Source: Candidatus Parcubacteria bacterium
GTDB lineage: Bacteria > Patescibacteriota > Minisyncoccia > Phycocordibacterales > JAKFXT01
NCBI GenBank assembly: GCA_021414235.1
Contig: JAIOOV010000004.1
Location: forward strand, 473,591 to 537,590
Reading direction: 5' to 3'
Length of the DNA: 64,000 bases
A model generated the notes under the pieces. That model did no database searches, was not told the DNA's origin, and worked only from the letters and a program-made list of their open reading frames with translations. Shown here piece after piece: positions 1-10,716 of the stretch. Positions within the stretch are counted from its first letter, which is position 1, and each line of letters starts with the position of its first letter. The translations under genes were made by a program, and so were the position numbers.

Positions 1-2300
1 CCCTTCATGCCCACCATCTGGGTGATGTTACCCATGGAGCCGCGGGCGCCGGAGCGAAGCATGTCGTAGACAGAACCGTGCTCTTCGAGGGTAGCCGGGA
101 TGAGCTTCTCGATGTCGTTCTTGGCAGCGTGCCAGATCTCGATGTTGGAGCGGTATTTCTCTTCTTCAGAGAGGAGACCTTCGTTGTACTCACCGAGCAC
201 CTTCTCGGACTTCTCCTTGGCCTTGCGGATGACCTCATACTTCCCTTGCGGGACCTTGATGTCATCAATACCCCAGGTGATGCCGGACTGCGTGACGAAG
301 CGGAAGCCGAAGGCCTTCATCTTGTCGAGGATGGCAGGCACGCGCTCAATGCCATATCGGTCGATGAGGTCGTCCACAGTGGAGGACATGATCTTGCGGT
401 CCACTTCCTTGTTGAGATACGGGTAGTCAGACGGGAAGACGCTGTTGAAGAGGAGGCGGCCAACGGTCGTCTCGAAAGGTACTCCTCCGAACGCCTGGTA
501 CTTGATACTCTCAGTCGGCATGACCTTGATGCGGGCGCGGTAGGAGACGACGCCGAAGTCGGCTGCGGTGATGGCGTGGTTCGGGCTCGCGAAGACCTTG
601 TCCTGACCCTTCTCGCCTTCGATGACCTTGGTCATCCAGTAGGCGCCGAGCACGATGTCGAGGAGCTTGTTGGTGACAGTAGGCTCACCAGAACCAGGCT
701 TGAGGATGTTCTTGTCCGCAGCCATGATCTCGCGGGCTTCAGCCTGCGCTTCTTCGCCCAAGGGAACGTGCACAGCCATCTGGTCTCCGTCGAAGTCGGC
801 GTTGAAGGCCGTACACACGAGCGGGTGCACCTGGATTGCATTACCTTCGATGAGCACCGGGCGGAACGCCTGGATACCGAGACGGTGAAGAGTCGGAGCA
901 CGGTTGAGGAGGACGCGCTTGTCGCGGATCACATCTTCAAGGATGGCCCACACCTCAGGGATACCTTCGTCGATGAGACGATTGGCGCCGCGGATGTTGA
1001 AGGCGAGTTCCTTGCGGAGGAGCTGCTGGATGACGAACGGACGGAAGAGCTCAAGGGCCATGTGCTTCGGCAATCCGCACTGGTCGAGACGGAGGTCGGG
1101 ACCAACCACGATCACGGAGCGACCGGAGTAGTCTACGCGCTTACCGAGGAGGTTCTGGCGGAAGAGACCCTGCTTGGTCTTGAGGTTGTCGGCGAGCGAC
1201 TTCAGCGGGCGACGCTGGGCCTGATTGACCGCGCCGGAAGAGGCCGCGCCATGACGGATGGAATTATCTATAAGAGAGTCTACTGCTTCCTGGAGGATGC
1301 GCTTCTCGTTGCGGAGGATGACGTCCGGCGCATTGATGTCCTTCAGCTTGCGAAGACGATTGTTGCGGTTGATCACACGACGATAGAGGTCGTTGAGGTC
1401 GGAAGTAGCGTGACGGCCACCGTCGAGCGCCACCATCGGACGAAGTGCCGGCGGGATGACCGGGATACGCGAGAGGAACATCCACTCAGGGCGGATGTTA
1501 GCCGCGATCATGCCGGTGATGAGGCCGAGACGCTTGTGCGTCTTCTCACGCTCGGCTGCCGGAGCCTTCTCAAGGGAAACCTCGAGTTCGGCCTTCAATT
1601 TCGGAAGGTCGAGCTTCTTGCAGAGCTCGTGGATGGTCTCTGCGCCGATGCCAGCTTCGAACATGGTGCCGTAGCGCACGCTGAAGCGGTGATAGGTCAT
1701 CTCGTCGAACACGCGTCCAGGGACGATGCTCTCGATGTCGTTCTTGGCGTTAAGAAGGAGTTCCTTGACCTTCTCGCGGCTCTTCTCATCCGAGAGAGAC
1801 TTCACTTTCGACTTGTACTCCAGATCGAGGTCGCGAAGGATGCGATCGCGCTCATCCGGCAGGATCTTGGTGACGATGTAGCCCGCGAAGTAGATGACAC
1901 GCTCGAGCTCGGCTGCAGGGATACCCATGACGAGAGCGATACGAGAAGGCACGCCGCGGAGGAACCAGACGTGAGAGACAGGGGTAGCAAGCTCGATGTG
2001 ACCCATGCGGTCACGACGGACGATGGAGCGAGTCAGCTCGACTCCACACTTCTCACAGACGATGCCCTTGTAGCGAATGCCGCGGTACTTTCCACAGTAA
2101 CACTCGTAGTCCTTCTCCGGTCCGAATATCTTCTCGTCGAAGAGACCGGCACGCTCAGGACGCTGGGTGCGGTAGTTGATGGTCTCCGGCTTGGTGACTT
2201 CACCAAAGGACCACTCCAGGATGCGCTCAGGAGAAGCCAACTTGATCGATACCAGATCAAACTCGTTCTGATCAAACACTTTGCGTGTGGGTGTATTCAT
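1..2300 (-). CDS. rpoC: DNA-directed RNA polymerase subunit beta' (5' part; runs off the window)
   Basis: Not in the ORF track. Manual translation from ATG at 2300 gives [49 protein letters not shown]; catalytic NADFDGD motif at ~785-805; directly downstream of rpoB. Confidence 0.98.
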   Translation of the reverse strand, partial: MNTPTRKVFDQNEFDLVSIKLASPERILEWSFGEVTKPETINYRTQRPERAGLFDEKIFGPEKDYECYCGKYRGIRYKGIVCEKCGVELTRSIVRRDRMGHIELATPVSHVWFLRGVPSRIALVMGIPAAELERVIYFAGYIVTKILPDERDRILRDLDLEYKSKVKSLSDEKSREKVKELLLNAKNDIESIVPGRVFDEMTYHRFSVRYGTMFEAGIGAETIHELCKKLDLPKLKAELEVSLEKAPAAEREKTHKRLGLITGMIAANIRPEWMFLSRIPVIPPALRPMVALDGGRHATSDLNDLYRRVINRNNRLRKLKDINAPDVILRNEKRILQEAVDSLIDNSIRHGAASSGAVNQAQRRPLKSLADNLKTKQGLFRQNLLGKRVDYSGRSVIVVGPDLRLDQCGLPKHMALELFRPFVIQQLLRKELAFNIRGANRLIDEGIPEVWAILEDVIRDKRVLLNRAPTLHRLGIQAFRPVLIEGNAIQVHPLVCTAFNADFDGDQMAVHVPLGEEAQAEAREIMAADKNILKPGSGEPTVTNKLLDIVLGAYWMTKVIEGEKGQDKVFASPNHAITAADFGVVSYRARIKVMPTESIKYQAFGGVPFETTVGRLLFNSVFPSDYPYLNKEVDRKIMSSTVDDLIDRYGIERVPAILDKMKAFGFRFVTQSGITWGIDDIKVPQGKYEVIRKAKEKSEKVLGEYNEGLLSEEEKYRSNIEIWHAAKNDIEKLIPATLEEHGSVYDMLRSGARGSMGNITQMVGMK

Positions 2301-2311
2301 AGAAGAGTTGA

Positions 2312-5300
2312 TTAATTGGCGCTTCCCGAACGCTTGTCGAGAGTGACGTCAAGCGAGAGGCCGCGGAGGTTGTTAAGCAATACGTTGAAGGATGCAGGCA
2401 CGTTCGGCTGGAGGATCCTCTCCCCTTTCACAATCGCATCGAATGCCGCGGAGCGGCCCACGATGTCATCGGACTTGATGGTGAGGATTTCGCGAAGGAT
2501 GTGAGACGCACCATATCCGAGGAGCGCCCAGACTTCCATTTCTCCGAAGCGCTGACCGCCGCCCTGCGCCTTGCCGCCCAAGGGCTGCTGAGTAATGAGA
2601 GAGTAAGGACCGATGGAGCGCATGTGGATCTTGTCCTCCACCATGTGATGGAGCTTGAGGATGTACATGTAGCCCACTGCGATGGCCTGATGGAAGGCTT
2701 CGCCCGTGCGACCGTCGAAGAGATTGATCTTGCCGGTCTCCGGGAAGCCTGCCTTCACGAGCTCCTGCTTCACTTCCACGTCGGTAGCTCCAGCGAACGG
2801 AGGCACCACTGCCTGGTAGTTGAGGGTATTGGCGGCCATACCGAGGTGAAGCTCGAGGATCTGTCCGAGGTTCATACGAGAAGGCACGCCAAGCGGAGTG
2901 AGGATCACGTCCACCGGAGTACCGTCTTCCATGTACGGCATATCCTCTTCAGGAAGGATGCGGGAGATAACACCCTTGTTACCGTGACGTCCGGCGAGCT
3001 TGTCACCCACGGAGATGTTACGGAGCTGGGCGATTTCGATGTAGATCTTCTTGATGATACCGCTCTCCAGGTTGTCGCCCTTCTCGCGAGAGAAGACCTT
3101 GACCGAGATGATGCGTCCGCGCTTGCCGTTCTCCATGCGGAGAGAGGTGTCCTTCACGTCGCGGGCCTTGTCTCCGAAGATGGAGCGGAGCAGGCGCTCT
3201 TCCGGGGTGAGCTGAGTCTCACCCTTCGGGGTGATCTTGCCCACCAGGATGTCGCCGGGCCTCACTTCCGCACCGATGCGGATGATGCCGTCCTCATCCA
3301 AGTTCTTAAGCTTGGCTTCGCTGATGTTAGGAATGTCGTGAGTAGTCACCTCAGGACCGAGCTTGGTGTCGCGCACAGAGACTTCGAACTCCTCGATGTG
3401 GATAGAGGTGAACTTGCTCTTCTTGACCAAACGCTCGGAGATGATGATGGCGTCTTCGTAGTTGGCACCAGACCAGGACATGAAGGCAACGAGCGCGTTC
3501 TGACCGAGGGCCATCTGACCCATATCGGTAGAAGAGGTGTCTGCGAGGAGATCGCCGCGCTTGACCTTGTCACCCACAGAGACGGACGGACGCTGGTGGA
3601 AGGCGGTGAAGCCGTTAGTACGAGAGAAAGAAACGAGAGGATATTCGTGAGTGTGCTTACCCTTCACGATGACATGGCGGGCATCCGCGTGAGTGACCTC
3701 GCCGTCCTCCTTGGAGAGAATGAGGCGGCCAGTGTCGCGCGCAGCCGGGCCTTCGATGCCAGTAGAGACGAGCGGAGCTTCAGGCACGACGCAGGGCGTT
3801 GCCTGCTTCTGCATGTTCGATCCCATGAGCGCACGGTTGGCGTCGTCGTGCTCGAGGAACGGAATCATGGAAGTAGCCACGGAGAAGGCCTGGTTGGTGT
3901 CCACGTCTATGTAGTGCACATCCTTCTTAGCGACGATGCCCGGCTCGCCGTGCGAGCGAACTTCTACCTGCTCCACGGTAATGAGGCCATCCTTGTCGTA
4001 CGGAATGGCGGCGTGCGCGATATTGAACTGCTCCTCTTCGAGGGCGTTGAGGTAGGCGATCTCGCCAGTGATCTTGCCATCCACCACCTTGGCGTAAGGC
4101 GTCTCAATCATGCCGAATTCGTTCAGCTTGGCGTAGGTAGAGAGGCGCAGGATGAGACCAATGTTCGGACCTTCCGGCGTGTGAATAGGACAGAGGCGGC
4201 CGTAGTGGGACGGATGCACGTCGCGCACTTCGAAGCCGGCGCGCTCGCGAGTGAGTCCGCCAGGACCGAGGGCCGAGAGGGTGCGGAGATGCTCCATCTC
4301 AGAGAGCACGTTCTCCTGCTGCATGAACTGGGAGAGCTGGTTGGTGGTGAAGAATTCCTTGATACCAGCCTGGAACGGACGAGGGTTGATGAACTGTATG
4401 GGAAGAGTGGAATCCGTGTCGATGGTCGACATACGGTCCTGGATGTTGCGCTTCATGCGTGCCATGCCGATACGCATCTTCTGCTGGAGCATCTCGCCAA
4501 CGTAGCGTACGCGGCGGGAACCAAGGTGGTCGATGTCATCCGGTACTGCGCCCGGAGTGACGTTGAGGTAGACCACGTGACCTACGGTGACAGAGAGGTC
4601 GTCGAGAGAGAGCGTGCGCTTGCCGAGTTCCTTCTCCTCGAGGGAGTAGCCAAAGCGCTTATTGAAGCGGAAGCGGCCCACGCGGGAGAGGTCGTAGCGA
4701 TCCGCCTCGAAAATGGAATCCACGAAGTTGCGGGCGTTCTCCGGAGTGGCGAGGTCGCCGTCGCGGAGGCGCTTGTGTATCTCGATGTATGCGGAAGAGA
4801 GATCCTTGGCGGGATCCTTGGCGAGGGTCTGCTTGAGAGCGTTCTCGTACGCCTCGTTACCCTTGGCGAGCGCGAGGATGTCGGTGTCAGTATGCGCGCC
4901 GCGGATACGGAGAAGACTGGTGACTGGGAACTTACGCTTGCGGTCGATGCGGGCGTAGATAGCGCCATCGGGATCTGATTCGATCTCGATCCAAGCACCG
5001 CGAGAAGGAATGACGCGGGCACCGAAGAAGGTGCGGCCCTTCACTTCAAGGGAGGCAAAGAATATACCGAAGGAGCGTGCGAGCTGCGGCACAATGACGC
5101 GCTCAACACCGTTGATCACGAAAGTACCGTGATCGGTCATGAGCGGGAAATCCGCCATGAAGATCTCCTGCTCCTTCACGGAGCCGATCATGCGGTTCTT
5201 GAGGCGCACCATGGCGCGAAGAGGAGCTTCGTAGGAGAGCTTGTTCTCCTTAGCGTAGTGCTCGCCGAACTTAGGCTCACCGAGCTCGAAGCTCGCGAAC

Positions 5301-5473
5301 TCCAGGTCGAACTTCTTCTCGGAGTAGTCGCGGATAGGAGAAAACTCCTTGAAGATTTCCTTCAGGCCATTCTCTACCAGCCACTTATACGAATCGATCT
5401 GCGCCTCTACCAGGTTCGGAAGCGTCGCCAGCGGTTTCTTGAAACGTCCGAAGGTCTTCTGGGTAGTAAACAT
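2312..5473 (-). CDS. rpoB: DNA-directed RNA polymerase subunit beta
   Basis: Motifs GTFVINGVERV, RDVHPSHYGRLCPIHTPEGPNIG, GDKLAGRHGNKG, GGQRFGEME; ATG at 5473. Confidence 0.99.
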   Translation of the reverse strand: MFTTQKTFGRFKKPLATLPNLVEAQIDSYKWLVENGLKEIFKEFSPIRDYSEKKFDLEFASFELGEPKFGEHYAKENKLSYEAPLRAMVRLKNRMIGSVKEQEIFMADFPLMTDHGTFVINGVERVIVPQLARSFGIFFASLEVKGRTFFGARVIPSRGAWIEIESDPDGAIYARIDRKRKFPVTSLLRIRGAHTDTDILALAKGNEAYENALKQTLAKDPAKDLSSAYIEIHKRLRDGDLATPENARNFVDSIFEADRYDLSRVGRFRFNKRFGYSLEEKELGKRTLSLDDLSVTVGHVVYLNVTPGAVPDDIDHLGSRRVRYVGEMLQQKMRIGMARMKRNIQDRMSTIDTDSTLPIQFINPRPFQAGIKEFFTTNQLSQFMQQENVLSEMEHLRTLSALGPGGLTRERAGFEVRDVHPSHYGRLCPIHTPEGPNIGLILRLSTYAKLNEFGMIETPYAKVVDGKITGEIAYLNALEEEQFNIAHAAIPYDKDGLITVEQVEVRSHGEPGIVAKKDVHYIDVDTNQAFSVATSMIPFLEHDDANRALMGSNMQKQATPCVVPEAPLVSTGIEGPAARDTGRLILSKEDGEVTHADARHVIVKGKHTHEYPLVSFSRTNGFTAFHQRPSVSVGDKVKRGDLLADTSSTDMGQMALGQNALVAFMSWSGANYEDAIIISERLVKKSKFTSIHIEEFEVSVRDTKLGPEVTTHDIPNISEAKLKNLDEDGIIRIGAEVRPGDILVGKITPKGETQLTPEERLLRSIFGDKARDVKDTSLRMENGKRGRIISVKVFSREKGDNLESGIIKKIYIEIAQLRNISVGDKLAGRHGNKGVISRILPEEDMPYMEDGTPVDVILTPLGVPSRMNLGQILELHLGMAANTLNYQAVVPPFAGATDVEVKQELVKAGFPETGKINLFDGRTGEAFHQAIAVGYMYILKLHHMVEDKIHMRSIGPYSLITQQPLGGKAQGGGQRFGEMEVWALLGYGASHILREILTIKSDDIVGRSAAFDAIVKGERILQPNVPASFNVLLNNLRGLSLDVTLDKRSGSAN

Positions 5474-5704
5474 TGGCAAGATGTTTTAGGGGAATTAGTA
5501 AATCCGCTCCTGCGCAAACGCAAAAAAGAAAACTGCCCTGACACCGAAGGCTGTCTTCAATTACGTTCGAGAACTCTGTACTTCCTTCGTTATTACTTAA
5601 AACCTCGCAGCCAGGACTCAATCAAAAAGGTTGGAAGAAGTGTACCGGAAAGGTGGAATTATGTCAAACCTGTCAATACCGGCTATCCCCAGGTCTTTTA
5701 AGTC

Positions 5705-6355
5705 CTAGGCCTTCCCGTCCTTCTCCACCTTCCAGGCATCCATTTTGGCGTGATGACCCGAAAGGAGGATCTTGGGCACGCGGTATTTCTTCTTCTTGTA
5801 TTCAAAGACTTCCGGACGGGTATATACCTCGGAGGAAGACACACGACGCTCCTCTACAGATAGTTCGTTGCCGAGCACTCCGGGAAGCTTGCGGGAGACT
5901 GCGTCCATGATGGCAAGCGCCGGAAGCTCCCCTCCAGTGAGCACATAAGGACCGACGGATACCTCCTCCGCCTTTAATATCTTCTTCACCCGCGCGTCTA
6001 TCCCCTCATAGCGGCCAGAGATCATCACGATATCGGAGTATTTGGAGAGCTTCTCTGCCATGGCCGTATCAAACTGCTTCCCTCCCGGGCTCATGAGGAG
6101 CACCTTGGTCTTCTTGCCTTTGATCTTCTTGAGCGCTGCTTCTGCGGCATTAAGCATCGGCTCCGGCGCGAGCACCATTCCAGGGCCGCCACCATACGGG
6201 CGCCCATCCACCTTCTTATGCTTACCCATGCCGAAATCACGCAGATTATAGAGATCCACTTTGACGATACCCGCCTTGATGGCCCGCGCGATGATGGACT
6301 CCTTCAGGTAGGAATCGAAGGCGCCTGGGAATAGAGAGATGAGATGGAAACGCAT
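5705..6355 (-). CDS. trmD: tRNA (guanine37-N1)-methyltransferase
   Basis: VDGRPYGGGPGM, GRYEGID, SVGPYVLTGGE motifs. Confidence 0.97.
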   Translation of the reverse strand: MRFHLISLFPGAFDSYLKESIIARAIKAGIVKVDLYNLRDFGMGKHKKVDGRPYGGGPGMVLAPEPMLNAAEAALKKIKGKKTKVLLMSPGGKQFDTAMAEKLSKYSDIVMISGRYEGIDARVKKILKAEEVSVGPYVLTGGELPALAIMDAVSRKLPGVLGNELSVEERRVSSSEVYTRPEVFEYKKKKYRVPKILLSGHHAKMDAWKVEKDGKA

Positions 6356-6411
6356 AAATGAAAAACGCGGTACTTTTTACGGTACCACGTTTTTCTAACT
6401 CTGTCACTCTC

Positions 6412-6720
6412 TTAGAGTTTCAGGTCTGCCATCGCCTCATCCACGGTCTTCGAAGGAGAATAGGCGGGCTTTCCTGCCGGCTCGTTGATTTTGAGGTTCA
6501 CACGAGCGTTGTTCTTCATGCCGACGACGCGGAGGAGGGTGCGGATCGCCTTGGCGGTATTGCCGTCGCGGCCGATGACCTTGCCCATGTCTTCCCCATT
6601 CACATCAAGGAGGAGAAGAACTCCCATCTCGTCCACCGTGCGCTTTATCTTCACCTCTTCCGGATGTTCTACGAGAGCCTTCACGACGTATTCAAGGAAT
6701 GCTGTATCCTGATCTGCCAT
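6412..6720 (-). CDS. khpA: KH-domain RNA-binding protein
   Basis: DMGKVIGRDGNTAKAIRTLL KH motif; conserved rpsP-khpA-trmD order. Confidence 0.92.
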   Translation of the reverse strand: MADQDTAFLEYVVKALVEHPEEVKIKRTVDEMGVLLLLDVNGEDMGKVIGRDGNTAKAIRTLLRVVGMKNNARVNLKINEPAGKPAYSPSKTVDEAMADLKL

Positions 6721-6875
6721 ATAAGTATGCCGTTACTATGAGGGAATCGAGTTTTCCCTGGTAACACCAGAGTACCACAAAAGCTGAAGTAAAGGAAGTG
6801 CTGTGCACAACCTCGTGCTAAAAACAAAACACCGCCTTCTGGCGGAGTTTTGAGCGAAAGACAGAGTAGAAAAAT

Positions 6876-7319
6876 TTAATTGGAGACAGAAGCGTCGCCA
6901 GAAGCTGCAGCAGCGTCTGCGGAAGCGTCGGCAGCAACCTCAGGAGCCGGAGCTTCTTCAGCGACTGCTTCCTCGGGAGCAGCAGCAACAACTGCAGCAG
7001 CGGCAGCGGGAGCCACAACCTCAGCAGCAGACTCTTCCTTCTTCGGCACAGTCTTCTTCGGAAGGACGTTCACCTTCTTGCCGGTGAGGATACCCTTGGT
7101 GACGAGGAGGTTATGAACGGTGCCGGAAGCCTTGGCGCCCTTACCGATCCAGAAGAGGATGCGCTCGCCATTGAGAACCGGATCGCCCTTGCGCGCATCA
7201 TGAGAGCCGAGCACTTCGAGGAAGCGGCCGCTCTTGGTGGAATTGTGGGAATCAGTAAGAACCACACGGAAGGTGGGCTCGTGCTTGCGGCCAGTGCGCT
7301 GAAGACGGATCATCAACAT
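6876..7319 (-). CDS. rpsP: 30S ribosomal protein S16 with Ala/Glu-rich C-terminal tail
   Basis: MLMIRLQRTGRKHEPTFRVVLTDS...GRFLEVLG; ATG at 7319. Confidence 0.97.
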   Translation of the reverse strand: MLMIRLQRTGRKHEPTFRVVLTDSHNSTKSGRFLEVLGSHDARKGDPVLNGERILFWIGKGAKASGTVHNLLVTKGILTGKKVNVLPKKTVPKKEESAAEVVAPAAAAAVVAAAPEEAVAEEAPAPEVAADASADAAAASGDASVSN

Positions 7320-7369
7320 AAGTACGTGGGACTCTACCAAAAGTATGGATAAGCGTCAATAAAGACTAG

Positions 7370-7397
7370 GGGGCCAGCCGTGCGCACGGCTGGCCCC
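7370..7397. terminator. Perfect 28-bp palindrome, probable terminator hairpin
   Basis: ggggccagccgtgc|gcacggctggcccc just downstream of the 7409 ORF. Confidence 0.55.
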
Positions 7398-7408
7398 TGA
7401 GGCTTAGA

Positions 7409-8005
7409 TTATCTCGGGCTTTTGCCGCGAGAAGTTGGGTGGACTCCCCTATGCTGGACTTGGGAGCCCTTGATCTGGGTGGCGCGACCCGGAGACAGGA
7501 CAGAGCCGGGGTAACGGGTTCCCGATCTCGTCTTAACTGAAGGCAGATCAATCATTGAGGCCGGTCCGAAGGCGCGGGCTTCCGCCAAGAACCCATTCGC
7601 CAGAGCCCCACCGATGCTGTGATGAAGAACCCCGAGGCCGTTGAAGGCAATAACGTCCACGATAGCCTGAGACCCTTTCCGTTCTGCTACCTGGAGCAGT
7701 GCATGATCCCTCAGGAAGAGGAGCCTTGCCTCATCCGGCATACCCAGAGGCTCTCGAGACACCGTGCAGAGATAGTCACCGGCGCCGACGATGTCCGGGC
7801 TTTTCTTGCCCTCCCATACCGGTCGGAACCAGATTACGATCCGGAAATTATCGAGCACGAGGTTGGCATCTTGCAGTTCGCCCATCGAAGGCTCGCGAAA
7901 GAACTGGAATCGGCAAACATCGTCGAGCTTCAGAAATATTGCGCAGAACGCGATGCGCGAAAAGCCCCTGGAGAGGGTCCGCAATTTCGACATTCCAACG
8001 ATCAT
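7409..8005 (-). CDS. Hypothetical protein (orphan)
   Basis: Longest ORF filling the rpsP-rnr gap, followed by a hairpin; no motif recognised; start uncertain. Confidence 0.5.
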   Translation of the reverse strand: MIVGMSKLRTLSRGFSRIAFCAIFLKLDDVCRFQFFREPSMGELQDANLVLDNFRIVIWFRPVWEGKKSPDIVGAGDYLCTVSREPLGMPDEARLLFLRDHALLQVAERKGSQAIVDVIAFNGLGVLHHSIGGALANGFLAEARAFGPASMIDLPSVKTRSGTRYPGSVLSPGRATQIKGSQVQHRGVHPTSRGKSPR

Positions 8006-8098
8006 TGGATTCCCCCAATTGTTGTGCGGACCTCATCCAATCACGAAACCAGATTGCCAGCAAATGCTATGAAATGGCTCTCTCCCGTGCTAATTTAG

Positions 8099-10051
8099 AT
8101 GCCTATGCCCCCCATCTCTAAGTCCTCCTCGAGCAAAGCTCTCGAAGGTGTCATCAGCATCTCAAGCCGCGCGGTGGGCTACCTCAAGACCACCCCTCCT
8201 TCTGCAGTAGATATCGAGATCCAGCCGGAGAATCTCAGTGTCGCCATGCATGGTGACACTGTGTTGGTAGAGCCCCTGCGCGAGCAGGTCCGAGGCCGTG
8301 ATCAGGGCAAGGTCATCAAAGTGGTGAGCCGCGCACGTACCCGCTTCGTAGGCTTCGTCGCCATGACCCCGATGGGTAAGGCGCTCATCCCCGACAACTA
8401 CCGTATCCATGTGGCACTCATCTTGCCTGCTGATGACAAGACCCCCCTCAACTACAAAGCGCAGGTAGAACTCGGAGAGTGGAACGAGGGCGAGACTAAT
8501 CCCCGATGCCGCGTGGTGAAAGTCATCGGCCCCAAAGGCAACAACGACGTGGAGATGGAATCTATCGTGCTCGAGAAGGGCTTCGAAACCGGCTTCCCTA
8601 CTGCCGTAGAGGCGGAAGCGGAGGAGATCAAGAAGCATTCTGCGGAGAATATGCGCAAAGAGCTCGAGATACGCCGCGACATGCGCAGCGTCCTCACCAT
8701 GACCATCGATCCGAAGGATGCCAAGGACTTCGACGACGCCATCTCCATGCAGACCCTCCCCTCCGGGGATTACGAGATCGGCGTACACATCGCGGATGTA
8801 GCGCATTACGTGACCCCTGGCACCGAGCTCGACAAGGAAGCCCAGAAGCGCGGCTGCTCCATCTACCTGGTGGATCGCACCATCCCGATGCTTCCCGAGG
8901 TTCTCTCGAATGACCTCTGCAGCCTCAACCCCAACGAAGACAAGCTGGCCTTCTCTTCCATCTTCGTGATGGACAAGAACGGGAGGATAAAGGATCGCTG
9001 GTTCGGCCGCACCGTCATCCGCTCGCATAAGCGCTTTACCTACGAAGACGCGCAGCAAGGCATCGTCACCGGAGAGGGCCCCCATGCCGCAGAACTCCAG
9101 GAGCTCAATCGCCTGGCGAAGATCATGACCAAGGAGCGCTTCGAGAACGGCGCCATCGAATTCGAACAGGACGAAGTCAAATTCGAGCTCGACGAAACAG
9201 GCAAGCCCATCCGCGTCTTCCGCAAGCAGCGCCTCGACGCCCATCGTCTGGTGGAAGAGTTCATGCTCCTCGCCAACCGCGAAGTGGCTACCTACGTGCA
9301 TCGCTTGCCAGGCAACGAGAACAAAGATGCTCCTATCTTCATGTACCGCATCCATGATCTTCCGAAAGAAGATCGTATCGCTGAACTCGCCATCTTCCTG
9401 CGCGCCCTCGGACACGAGGTGCACGTAGACAAGAAAGGCATCTCCGCCAAGGACATCAATGCGCTCTTCAAGCAGATCGCAGGACACGCAGAGGAAGGCA
9501 TCGTAAAGACGGCGGCTCTCCGCAGCATGGCCAAGGCTATCTATTCCACCCGCAACATCGGGCACTTCGGCCTCGGCTTCACCTACTACACCCACTTCAC
9601 CTCCCCCATCCGCCGCTACCCGGACACCCTGGTGCACCGACTCCTCGCCATCTACCTCGCAGGCTCACGCGTCTCCAAAGAAGAATTCGCTTTTTATGAA
9701 AAGATGGCGGCCCAGAACACCGAGTCCGAGATCCGCGCAGTCGAAGCCGAACGCGATTCCATCAAGCTCAAGCAGGTGGAGTACATGAGCACGCGCGTGG
9801 GCCAGGTATTCGACGGCGTCATCTCCGGCGTCACCGAGTGGGGCATGTATCTTGAAGAGAAGGAGACCAAATGCGAAGGCATGGTGCGCCTCCGCGATAT
9901 TGGGGATGATTTCTATACGTTGGACGAAAAGAATTACTGTCTCGTGGGCGAGCGCACCAAGCGCAAATTCTCCCTCGGCGACACCGTGCGTTTCAAAGTG
10001 GTGAATGCGGATACCGAGAGGAAGACCTTGGATTACGCTTTGGCGGCATAA
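8099..10051 (+). CDS. rnr: Ribonuclease R (RNB plus S1 domain)
   Basis: TIDPKDAKDFDDAIS, HFGLGFTYYTHFTSPIRRYPD, C-terminal S1 domain. Confidence 0.96.
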   Translation: MPMPPISKSSSSKALEGVISISSRAVGYLKTTPPSAVDIEIQPENLSVAMHGDTVLVEPLREQVRGRDQGKVIKVVSRARTRFVGFVAMTPMGKALIPDNYRIHVALILPADDKTPLNYKAQVELGEWNEGETNPRCRVVKVIGPKGNNDVEMESIVLEKGFETGFPTAVEAEAEEIKKHSAENMRKELEIRRDMRSVLTMTIDPKDAKDFDDAISMQTLPSGDYEIGVHIADVAHYVTPGTELDKEAQKRGCSIYLVDRTIPMLPEVLSNDLCSLNPNEDKLAFSSIFVMDKNGRIKDRWFGRTVIRSHKRFTYEDAQQGIVTGEGPHAAELQELNRLAKIMTKERFENGAIEFEQDEVKFELDETGKPIRVFRKQRLDAHRLVEEFMLLANREVATYVHRLPGNENKDAPIFMYRIHDLPKEDRIAELAIFLRALGHEVHVDKKGISAKDINALFKQIAGHAEEGIVKTAALRSMAKAIYSTRNIGHFGLGFTYYTHFTSPIRRYPDTLVHRLLAIYLAGSRVSKEEFAFYEKMAAQNTESEIRAVEAERDSIKLKQVEYMSTRVGQVFDGVISGVTEWGMYLEEKETKCEGMVRLRDIGDDFYTLDEKNYCLVGERTKRKFSLGDTVRFKVVNADTERKTLDYALAA

Positions 10052-10055
10052 AAAA

Positions 10056-10083
10056 TCGCCGCCGAGACAAGCTCGGCGGCGAC
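10056..10083. terminator. Hairpin between convergent genes
   Basis: tcgccgccgag-acaag-ctcggcggcga, preceded by an A-tract. Confidence 0.6.
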
Positions 10084-10610
10084 TACCAGACACTCTCCTT
10101 AACAGAGAGATTGTCTGCCAAAATATCTTGCGGTTCAGAAAGAAAGAGCCAGACATTGGCTGCAACCCTCGCTGACTCAGTCATCTCGTGGAACTCGTCA
10201 GACCGCGCGAGCCTAAAGGAACGATCCTCCAGATTTTCAACGGCTACTGATTCCCGAGCCGTCATCGCTTCTTGTAGAATTTTTACCGCAAGCGGTATCT
10301 TCTGAACATCAAGAGAGGTATGTCTTCGATGCATCCTCTTTTCTCTTCTACGAGTCCACCACTGCTCTAGAAAATTCATGGGGGCTAAATAGAGAGCGAG
10401 GATTTCGTTGCGCTCCTGTGCAACCCCGGCAAGATCCGTAACGAGCTTGGTAATAACTCCTCCCCGATCAAAAAACCTTACTACCAGTTTTATACTTGAA
10501 CCGTCCATGCGGCGTTCGAGGGATTCACGAAACATCCCCTCAAAAGTGGTGATGTGCCTCGGCCGCAGGATAAATTCAGCCTGCACGAGGTTGGGCCGTT
10601 CGCTCACCAT
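10083..10610 (-). CDS. Hypothetical protein (orphan)
   Basis: 175-aa ORF with upstream GAGAGGAGG RBS-like sequence; lower GC than flanks. Confidence 0.6.
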   Translation of the reverse strand: MVSERPNLVQAEFILRPRHITTFEGMFRESLERRMDGSSIKLVVRFFDRGGVITKLVTDLAGVAQERNEILALYLAPMNFLEQWWTRRREKRMHRRHTSLDVQKIPLAVKILQEAMTARESVAVENLEDRSFRLARSDEFHEMTESARVAANVWLFLSEPQDILADNLSVKESVW

Positions 10611-10661
10611 GGTACAACCTCCTCTCTATTTTGGTTCTGGGTGGAGCCTAACGCCATTAAA

Positions 10662-10716
10662 CATAAAAAGAAAGATGGCCCGGACACTTGTCCGGGCCAT
10701 ACCCTATTCGGGATTT
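10662..10716 (-). repeat. Repeated terminator element, copy 1
   Basis: cataaaaagaaagatggcccggacacttgtccgggccataccctattcgggattt; near-identical to 13305-13357. Confidence 0.85.

Noticed and set aside
78-4978. Long plus-strand ORFs (745 aa and 825 aa)
   Set aside because: Antisense shadows of rpoC and rpoB caused by biased codon usage; no motifs of their own.
6876-7030. Ala/Glu-rich tail of S16 as a novel domain
   Set aside because: Low-complexity tails on S16 are common in several phyla.
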